A stretch of DNA of 14,255 nucleotides from Candidatus Hadarchaeota archaeon. GTDB taxonomy: Archaea > CAYQAE01 > CAYVLA01. The notes under the pieces are model-generated. The model was not told the DNA's origin. It saw only the letters and a program-made list of their open reading frames with translations, and did not search any database. Positions 1 through 6,760 of this stretch are shown here, piece by piece. Position numbers and translations under genes: made by a program. The DNA is taken from NCBI GenBank assembly GCA_964452145.1, contig CAYVLA010000080.1:1-14255 (forward strand), read 5' to 3'. Positions within the stretch are counted from its first letter, which is position 1. Each line of letters begins with the position of its first letter.

Positions 1-1099
1 TGAGTTCGGCTGACTTGGATGTGATGCCCACCAGGCCTTCGAGGGCTTCCTCTATCCTCTCAAGGGACCCCTCGTAGTCGCCCTTCATGTAGAGATTGCT
101 GGCCTCGTTCCTCTTTCCCTCCAGCTTGTCGAGCAAAGCGTAGAGGGGAGCGGTATTGGCCCCGAATCTGTCGATGAAGTCCATCATGGACACCATCATG
201 TTCTTCTGCTCGTAGAAGGCGACGAGGTCGGCCCTTATGGTGTGGCCGAGCTCGAGGTCGTCCGGCACCGGCACATCGGCCGGGAAGTAGATTCGGTTGA
301 GAATGAAGTCGACGTGGTACTTCCAGTCCCTAATGGCAGGATTCAGGAACATGAAATCCATGATCGGCAGGCAAAGCGTGATCCCGGTTCCGTATTCAGC
401 GGACACTATGGCATCCTCCCCACCCGCCTTCCACTTTGCGTGGACCACGGCCCCGGGGCGCGCCTCTATCAGGCCCGGCCCTCTGCCCCCGGTGAAACCG
501 ATGGGCTGCTTCTCGAAGTCAGGGAGGTTGACGACGGGCGTCTTGGTCACAACCCTGAATCCAACTCCCTCTTGGGATGACTGTTCGATGAAGACGTCCA
601 TCGGCCATGCCCTGTAGATGACCGAGTTCACCCAGTCCTCGGGCCTGTTGCAGTAGAGCATAGGGTCGGTGAGGCAGGGCTGCCAGCCCATGTGTATCAG
701 GACCAGCCCCAGCCCGTCCTCGTAGATCGAGTCATGGACCCAGCTCTGCTGCTCGTCGCTGAAGACCCAGGGCGGGGCGAACATGAGCTGCATCACGTCC
801 GCCCCTGAGGAGAGGCGCGGCTTGGTCCTCGGGAAGTTGATGCGTGCCCGTCTCCGGATCTCGTCAGGCTGGAGGCCGTTTGAGGTCTCGATGCTTGCCA
901 CTAGAAGTATCCTTGGGTCGGACCTGATGATGCTGAAAGCGTACTCGTGCAGGGCCTGCCACTGGTTGCCCACCGCGATGAGCCTGATCCTGCCGGTCGC
1001 GGGGTCGGTCTTGCCGAAGGACGGATCCGCCGACGCAGCAAGCAGAAGTAGGCCAACGGAAAGCGCAAGCCCGCGGAACGTAGTCGGGTCCTTCGCCAT
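1..1099 (-). CDS. Exported/membrane-associated hypothetical protein (signal peptide, class I glutamine-amidotransferase-like alpha/beta domain, helical C-terminal region); 3' end runs off the window
   Basis: Absent from the ORF track because there is no stop in the window. Read by hand, the frame is open from ATG at 1099-1097 to base 2 (366 codons): MAKDPTTFRGLALSVGLLLLAASADPSFGKTDPATGRIRLIAVGNQW...RRRARINFPRT...DGLGLVLIHMGW...PADVPVPDDLEL...MDFIDRFGANT...LYMKGDYEGSLERIEEALEGL. GGAGGG SD-like site ~8 nt upstream, strongly G/C-ending codons, hydrophobic N-terminal segment followed by small residues. The fold assignment is inference. Confidence 0.85.
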   Translation of the reverse strand, partial: MAKDPTTFRGLALSVGLLLLAASADPSFGKTDPATGRIRLIAVGNQWQALHEYAFSIIRSDPRILLVASIETSNGLQPDEIRRRARINFPRTKPRLSSGADVMQLMFAPPWVFSDEQQSWVHDSIYEDGLGLVLIHMGWQPCLTDPMLYCNRPEDWVNSVIYRAWPMDVFIEQSSQEGVGFRVVTKTPVVNLPDFEKQPIGFTGGRGPGLIEARPGAVVHAKWKAGGEDAIVSAEYGTGITLCLPIMDFMFLNPAIRDWKYHVDFILNRIYFPADVPVPDDLELGHTIRADLVAFYEQKNMMVSMMDFIDRFGANTAPLYALLDKLEGKRNEASNLYMKGDYEGSLERIEEALEGLVGITSKSAEL

Positions 1100-1175
1100 C
1101 TTGCCGGCCCTCCGAGCGCCCCTTGAAAGATATGAGTTCACGCCAGAAGCCGGCCCCGGGGCCCTGCCGACGAGG

Positions 1176-3908
1176 TCATCCGACCCTGACCCTCGCGAAT
1201 GGCCTTATCGCGACCGGGCCCAGGATCCCGGAGGGCTGAGGCTGGACCGCCTTTTCGCCCGGCGGCGGGAACCTTCTGCCGTATCTGCGCTCCAGCTCCG
1301 ATAGATCCTGGTCGGGGGAATCCAGCACCTTGTTGATCAGAAGGTTGGAGACTTCAACTTGGAGCGAGTTGCTGCCCTTTCGGACGAGTCTTGTGATCTC
1401 CAGGGTGTTGGGGGGCGTCCAGAGCCTTCCGGCCAGCTTCCCGTTGACGCGAACTGTTGCGACCTCCCTCACATCACCGAGGTCGAGCTCGAGGCAAATC
1501 CCGCGTGCCACGCACTCCTTCGGCGCGCGGAAGGTTGCTCTGTAGATCCCCCGCCCTGAGAAGCCCTTGATCTCGGGGATCTCAGTCCAGGAGCAGAGGT
1601 TGTCGAGCCGTCGCGCCTTCAGACGGCCCTCAACGCTCAGGGACCATTCGTCGATGTTGAGGGCCTGGGGAAGCTCTTTCACCAGAACTTTCCTCTTCCG
1701 ACCTTTGGAGTCCATCACCGCGTAGCTGCCCGGCCGATAGGCCCTGACAAGCAATCTGCCATCCATCGACCTTTCGACTATGGGCAGGTCGGATCGGAGC
1801 AGGTGTGCCTGTGGCCTTGCCTTGCGGAAGGCGATCAGGTGGGATCCGTAGGGCACAAACCGCAGGGACAGCGTGGTTCTACCTCCCTTGGCTCGGTACG
1901 CGCAGCACTGCTCCTGCCTGCCGCTCTCAGGATCGATCAGGTAGGGAACGAGGCCCCTGACCCGGAAGGTTATGTCCAGGACCTTCTCCTGGTCCGAGGA
2001 GTTGCTCAGGAAGTAGATTTCCTCGTCCGGGCATCTTCGGTGGATGAAGAGCATGCTGGGATCCAGGCTGGGCAGCTCGACATCGGGCTCCGTCAGCCTC
2101 CGCAGAAACGGGCCAACCTCCTTGTCGGATTCAAGAAGCGCGGGCGAGAGCGAACGCGGCACCGCGCTCATCCTTTCCAGCTCCGCCCGCATGGCGGCCA
2201 TTTCGGATGTGTGCGTCTGGGCCCCTGGCGAGTGAGGCGCTGCCGTAGGCAGCTTCCCGACGAACAGTATTGGTGCCTTCTGCCTAGCCAGCTCAAGGAG
2301 CTTCCTCATGGACTCGATCGGGATGTAGTCAATCTGGGGGACGAGAAGGAGGCGGTACCTGAGCCCAGCAACCCACAGGGCCCCGTCGCTGGCGCTGCAC
2401 TTGAGCAGGATCTCGTCGTTGGCGATGTCGAAGTCGTATCCGTTGCCCCAGGCCACATCCGGCAGGGAGCCGAGCTGCTGCATCATGCAGGTGAGCGTGG
2501 TCGGCTTGGATTCGTTGCCCATCTTGCACCAGATGTCGGCGAGGGATGTGTAGATCAGGACGTCGGCAGTCGAGGTCCCCCTGTGCAGCTGGCGGCCCAG
2601 CCGGGCATTGCGGGCGTTGAGGTACTTTACGTAGGGCCACCAGGGACTGTTGTGGTTGATCGTGGTCTCGGCGTAGAACGCCCAGCCGGGGGAGCCGATG
2701 CGCCGGGGCGAATAGGGGTATCCGTGGTAGATGAGGTGATTGACGCCGTGGCAGAAAAGCCTATTGGCGACGACCTTGAGCATCCTGGGGGGGACTAGGT
2801 ACCTGGGCCTCCTCAGGTAGGTGTAGGTCTCGCAGGAGACCTCGGTCCTTCCGTAGAGGTGGGCGGCGGAGGAGGCCATCTTCGGGATCTGGGTAATCAA
2901 GGGGCTGTCTGCCGACCAGCCCAGCTCGGACTCGCACTCGGGGATGTCCAGCTCCCCGTAGCACTTGATCATGTCCGCGGGCTCCTCGCCGTGGGCCTGA
3001 ATCCTGCAGTATGCCCCCTTGGCGTGGCACCACTCCTGCATGGCCATCATGTAGTCTTCCAGGGTTAGCTCGGACAGTGTGCTCCAGTAGTCGTAGCGAA
3101 GCCCCGGCGAGATGCCCGGCACCTCATTGTCCAAGGCAGGCAGGTAGGGCAGAAGTTCGTAACCCCTCCTCCTACGGAACTCCTCGGAAAAGCGCTCGGT
3201 CCAGTTTGAACCGAAAACCTCCCAGCTGTCCGAGAAGAAGCATCTGGTCTTGCCCCTGGTGGCGCGGGCCAGCCTCTCCCCGACCTCGCGGAGGTGCGTC
3301 TCCATGGCCTTGCGCGAGTAGTGATCGAGTACCCAGCCCTCGGCGCCGACTGTGGCCCGCTTCACCACCATGCGGGTGTAGCTGCTCGCATATCGGACGA
3401 CCCTCCAGTTGCCCGGTGGGGCTGTCCATTGTTGCACGGCTTGGGGGTGGAGGAGGTCGACCGCACGGCTCAGATCCAATGCGCCCCGTTCGACTGGGGC
3501 TGCCTTCAGGAGGATGACCATCTCGTCCTGCTCCAAGGGCTTGTCCCCGCTTGACCATGTCTGCCCCTCGGGGAGATCCCAGAAGTCGTATCGGATCTTC
3601 CGCGCCGCCTCCTCCTTTGGCACATGCGGCCCCCCGAAAGGCCAACCGCTGCCAAGCGTCACGTCGACGGTCAGTCCGAGGCGGGTGGCGGTGTTCGCCG
3701 CGAAGCTCACCATCGCGAGGAACTCCCTGGAAAGCCAAGGCAAGTTCCGCTCCTCGTCAACGCTCAACGGGTAGACCGGCTGTATCTCGACGCCGCCGAA
3801 GCCGGACCTCCTCATCTCCCGGAGCTGATACTCGATCTCCGGCCTCTCGACGGCGCCTCCGAACCACCACCATCGAGCGAACGGTTTGTACCTAGACAGT
3901 CGCCTCAT
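1176..3908 (-). CDS. Glycoside hydrolase family 106 (alpha-L-rhamnosidase-like) with C-terminal GH2-type sugar-binding beta-sandwich; no signal peptide
   Basis: 910 aa. GH106-type motifs: KPFARWWWFGG, GFGGVEIQPVY, LGSGWPFGGP, LDHYS, FFSDSWE, DIPECE, KMASSAAHLYG..VSCETYT, GVNHLIYHGYPYSP. C-terminal LDLGDVREVATVRVNG, GSNSLQVEVSN and PSGILGPV. Confidence 0.9.
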   Translation of the reverse strand: MRRLSRYKPFARWWWFGGAVERPEIEYQLREMRRSGFGGVEIQPVYPLSVDEERNLPWLSREFLAMVSFAANTATRLGLTVDVTLGSGWPFGGPHVPKEEAARKIRYDFWDLPEGQTWSSGDKPLEQDEMVILLKAAPVERGALDLSRAVDLLHPQAVQQWTAPPGNWRVVRYASSYTRMVVKRATVGAEGWVLDHYSRKAMETHLREVGERLARATRGKTRCFFSDSWEVFGSNWTERFSEEFRRRRGYELLPYLPALDNEVPGISPGLRYDYWSTLSELTLEDYMMAMQEWCHAKGAYCRIQAHGEEPADMIKCYGELDIPECESELGWSADSPLITQIPKMASSAAHLYGRTEVSCETYTYLRRPRYLVPPRMLKVVANRLFCHGVNHLIYHGYPYSPRRIGSPGWAFYAETTINHNSPWWPYVKYLNARNARLGRQLHRGTSTADVLIYTSLADIWCKMGNESKPTTLTCMMQQLGSLPDVAWGNGYDFDIANDEILLKCSASDGALWVAGLRYRLLLVPQIDYIPIESMRKLLELARQKAPILFVGKLPTAAPHSPGAQTHTSEMAAMRAELERMSAVPRSLSPALLESDKEVGPFLRRLTEPDVELPSLDPSMLFIHRRCPDEEIYFLSNSSDQEKVLDITFRVRGLVPYLIDPESGRQEQCCAYRAKGGRTTLSLRFVPYGSHLIAFRKARPQAHLLRSDLPIVERSMDGRLLVRAYRPGSYAVMDSKGRKRKVLVKELPQALNIDEWSLSVEGRLKARRLDNLCSWTEIPEIKGFSGRGIYRATFRAPKECVARGICLELDLGDVREVATVRVNGKLAGRLWTPPNTLEITRLVRKGSNSLQVEVSNLLINKVLDSPDQDLSELERRYGRRFPPPGEKAVQPQPSGILGPVAIRPFARVRVG

Positions 3909-4037
3909 ATGTCAATCCCTTCTACCAAGCATATCCTTGCCAAGAAGCGGCATGACCGTTTTGAAGTGCATCGGGCGCGATCACATCGTACGAATCGTGA
4001 AGAGAACCTGCGCTCTTCAAAAATGGTCGCCCTCTTG

Positions 4038-4443
4038 TCAGCCGCAGTCAAGCAACCCCAGGCCGATCGCGTAGGCCACGTTCAGAGCGGTGTGTAGCCG
4101 TACCGGCATTCCGACGGTCTTGCCCTCCGGCCGAAATCGAACAACCCCCGAGGGGTCGGCGAATGCGAGGTTCAGCCTCGTGAGTCCCTTGATCAATGCC
4201 GAGGTGATTCTACCCTTTTCCTGAGCGCCCATGTCGCGGAATGAATGCATCACCCCCGCCGCGGGCAGCGAGATGATGAACCCGATGGCCTTGCCGATGT
4301 CCTTGCCTCGGTTCGACGGCCCAAGCTTGGTTCGCAGCAGCGGTCGTCGAAAGTGAGGGCCACACCACTTCCTTGGCTGGCATTGGAGGCCCAGGACGCC
4401 TGCATGCTGGCCGTGTGCCAGGTGAGGAGCGGGCCGGCAATAC
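4038..4443 (-). pseudogene. Probable degraded gene remnant of unknown family
   Basis: From ~4305 to the TGA at 4040-4038 the frame has coding-like G/C third positions (KDIGKAIGFIISLP...FADPSGVVRFRPEGK...LHTALNVAYAIGLGLLDCG*). Upstream of ~4345 the coding-like bias lies in a different minus frame (IAGPLLTWHTASMQASWASNA...LTFDDR), implying a frameshift. A T5 tract follows the stop on the minus strand (4019-4023). No convincing start. Confidence 0.35.
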
Positions 4444-4473
4444 ACAGAAAAAGGGTTCGGTCAAGTTGGCCCC

Positions 4474-5538
4474 ATGGCCTTGACATCCAAGGAAAGGGTC
4501 GATCACTGTTGTCGGTTCCAGGAGCCGGACAGGCCCCCCATACAGATCTACACCACGCCAGAGATAGGCTCCAGGCTAAAGGAGAGATTCCCCGGTCGGG
4601 ATCTCCTCCAAATCTTCGGAGTCGATTTTCGCTCAGTCCACCACCCGCGACCCGAGCGCCCGATGCCGATGAACAAGCCTGACCAGAGCCTTACCTACGA
4701 CATGTGGGGAGTGGGCTACAAGAAGATCGCCTACGCAACAGGGACCTACGAAGAGGCCCACCATCTTCCCTTCAGCAAGATGCAGTCGCTGGAAGAAGTC
4801 GACGCATATCCGTGGCCCGACCCCGACAACTACGACTATTCCTCCATCGAATCCGGATGCGAGAGGATTGGAGATTACGCGGTTTGCCTCGGCGGGGCCG
4901 GCATACCGGACATCCTCAACGGTGTGGGGAGGGGCCGGAGCCACGGCAAGGTGATCAAGGACATCCTTTCCGGGAACAAGGTCGGAACCGCCATCATCGA
5001 CAGGCGGGTGGACTTCTGGTATGAGTACTGCACAAGGGCCTTGGAGGCCGCCAAGGGGCTTGTCGACATCCTTTGGCTCGGGGAAGACCTTGGAACCCAG
5101 AACGGGCCCTTCTTCTCACCCGGAATATTCAGGGAGTTCTTCCGGCCTAGGCTGGAACGATTCTACGATCTTGGCCATAGGTTCGGTGCAAGGGTCGCCA
5201 TGCACAGCTGTGGAAGCACGAGGCAGCTCATCCCTGAACTGATAGATATGGGGTTGGACATACTCGATGCCGTCCAGCCCGAGCCTGCAGGGATGGACCC
5301 CGAGGGGCTGAAAAGGGACTTCGGGAACAAGCTAGTCTTCTGCGGGTTAATCAGCACCCAGAAGACCCTTCCCTTCGGCACAGTGGAAGACTGCAGGCGC
5401 GAGGCCATCCACAGAGTGAAGGTCATCGGGAAGGGAGGAGGCTACATATTCAGCCCGGCCCATTGCATCCAACCCGACACTCCATTGGAGAACATCCTGG
5501 CAATCTACGAGGTAGCCGGTGGCCGGAGTATTTCCTAG
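4474..5538 (+). CDS. Uroporphyrinogen decarboxylase / MtaA-CmuA methyltransferase-fold protein (URO-D-like family, function unknown)
   Basis: 354 aa. MALTSKERV...EPDRPP N-terminus, YDMWGV, YPWPDP, GEDLGTQNG, the metal motif MHSCG, GLKRDFG..LVFCGLISTQKTLPFGT, and GGGYIFSPAHCIQPDTPLENI. Lacks the true HemE signature (WxMRQAGR). Confidence 0.88.
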   Translation: MALTSKERVDHCCRFQEPDRPPIQIYTTPEIGSRLKERFPGRDLLQIFGVDFRSVHHPRPERPMPMNKPDQSLTYDMWGVGYKKIAYATGTYEEAHHLPFSKMQSLEEVDAYPWPDPDNYDYSSIESGCERIGDYAVCLGGAGIPDILNGVGRGRSHGKVIKDILSGNKVGTAIIDRRVDFWYEYCTRALEAAKGLVDILWLGEDLGTQNGPFFSPGIFREFFRPRLERFYDLGHRFGARVAMHSCGSTRQLIPELIDMGLDILDAVQPEPAGMDPEGLKRDFGNKLVFCGLISTQKTLPFGTVEDCRREAIHRVKVIGKGGGYIFSPAHCIQPDTPLENILAIYEVAGGRSIS

Positions 5539-5597
5539 CTGTAATGCCTAATGGCCAGCTACATGTCAAACTTCGCAAAGCGTGACAGGTCGTCGAC

Positions 5598-6659
5598 ATG
5601 AAAGCCTTGAGAATTCACGGGCCCCGGGACCTGAGGCTCGTCGATCTGCCGACGCCGGATCCAGCCGAGGGCCAGGCACTCTGCAAGGTGGTGAGGGCCG
5701 GGATCTGCGCCACGGACCACTCCGTATACACCGGAGCCCTCTCCTTTGTGAAGAGCGGGCTCGTCAGGTTTCCATTCATCCCGGGGCACGAGTGGTCGGG
5801 CGTTGTGGAAAAGATCGGGAAAGGCGTTCAGGCGTTCAAGCCGGGGGATGCTGTGGTCGGGGATACGGGCGTTTCCTGCGGCAGCTGCCGCAGCTGCTCG
5901 CTCGGCGTCCACCATCTCTGCTCTGAGATGCGCAGCGTGGGCACTGTGAACGCCTGGGACGGTGCCTTCGCCGAGCAGATCCTGATGCCCGCAAGGCATC
6001 TCACACCCCTTCCTCGGGGAGTCTCATTTGACAACGGCGCCATGGTCGAACCGGCGGCAACGGCCCTCAACGCGGTCCACAGGGCCGGGATAGGGCTGGG
6101 CGACAGGGTTCTGGTGCTCGGTTCAGGACCGATCGGCATCATCGCAGGAAGGCTGGCAAAGCTCTGCGGAGCGGAGAAGGTGGTCATCGTCGGAAGAAAG
6201 GAGTCCAAGCTCAGCATGGCCAAAGCCCTCGGGATCGACGCTGCGATAAACAGCGCCAAGGGGCCTATCAAGACCGGCCTCGAAGATGAGTTTGCCACAG
6301 GAACGGCGGACTCGGTCATAGAGGCCTCCGGATCGGTCGAGCTCCTCAGGCAGGCCCTGCAGGTCATCGGCCCGGCTGGTGTGGTGAGCGCGGTCGCCTT
6401 CTATGAAACCGGGCTCGAAGGCTTGGACATCGATCAGCTCGTCCTAAAGGGCGCTGAGATCAGAGGGGTCGCGGGAAGTCTCGGGATCTACGGGCCGATC
6501 CTGCAGATGATGAAATCGGGCAAGCTCGACCTGACCCCGCTGATAACCTCCCGGTGCACTCTAGACCAGGTGCCAAGGGTCATGCACGAAATGGACCTAG
6601 ACAAACACAACGTCAAGGTCATGATCGGCATGCACTTCATCGGAGATGCCTCGCCATGA
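5598..6659 (+). CDS. Zinc-dependent medium-chain dehydrogenase (sorbitol/L-iditol/threonine dehydrogenase-like)
   Basis: 353 aa. Catalytic Zn ligands GICATD, GHEWSG and MVEP. Structural Zn CGSCRSCSLGVHHLC. Rossmann motif VLVLGSGPIG; VIEASG. Confidence 0.92.
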   Translation: MKALRIHGPRDLRLVDLPTPDPAEGQALCKVVRAGICATDHSVYTGALSFVKSGLVRFPFIPGHEWSGVVEKIGKGVQAFKPGDAVVGDTGVSCGSCRSCSLGVHHLCSEMRSVGTVNAWDGAFAEQILMPARHLTPLPRGVSFDNGAMVEPAATALNAVHRAGIGLGDRVLVLGSGPIGIIAGRLAKLCGAEKVVIVGRKESKLSMAKALGIDAAINSAKGPIKTGLEDEFATGTADSVIEASGSVELLRQALQVIGPAGVVSAVAFYETGLEGLDIDQLVLKGAEIRGVAGSLGIYGPILQMMKSGKLDLTPLITSRCTLDQVPRVMHEMDLDKHNVKVMIGMHFIGDASP

Positions 6660-6701
6660 TCGTGGGATGAGCTCCGTAGGGATTGACGGTCCCGTCATCA
6701 C

Positions 6702-6719
6702 AGATAAGAATCTTTATCT
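6702..6719 (+). promoter_or_regulatory. Candidate BRE/TATA promoter and palindromic operator upstream of the GH-like gene
   Basis: AGATAAGAATCTTTATCT is an AT-rich island forming an AGATAA-N6-TTATCT inverted repeat ~42 nt upstream of the TTG start. It is followed by the SD-like AGGAGG at 6745-6750. Confidence 0.5.
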
Positions 6720-6760
6720 TCCGCATGCAGCCCGTCAGCCTATCAGGAGGAGGGAGAGGC

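Noticed and set aside
1152..1163. Perfect palindrome GGCCCCGGGGCC after the GH106 stop
   Set aside because: All G/C with no loop or U-tract; a near-identical string occurs inside coding sequence near 450, so it is likely compositional.
242..1304. Plus-strand ORFs 242..580, 297..617 and 783..1304
   Set aside because: Antisense shadows of the real minus-strand gene 1..1099 (and the GH106 3' end); no motifs.
1803..2798. 331-aa plus-strand ORF and other long ORFs antisense to GH106, HAD, activase and GRE (e.g. 8778..9395)
   Set aside because: Long antisense frames are expected at this GC content; they have no recognisable domains and fully overlap well-supported genes.
3911..3920. AGGGATTGAC found upstream of both glycosidase genes (3920-3911 minus; 6678-6687 plus)
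   Set aside because: Very different distances to the starts; a single 10-mer match is compatible with chance.
4474..5538. Annotation as hemE
   Set aside because: No WxMRQAGR signature, an HxC metal motif is present, and there is no tetrapyrrole context.
6683..6760. N-terminal extension of the GH-like ORF (starts at 6683 or 6725)
   Set aside because: The segment contains the TATA-like box and SD-like AGGAGG, so the true start is more likely 6761-6770.
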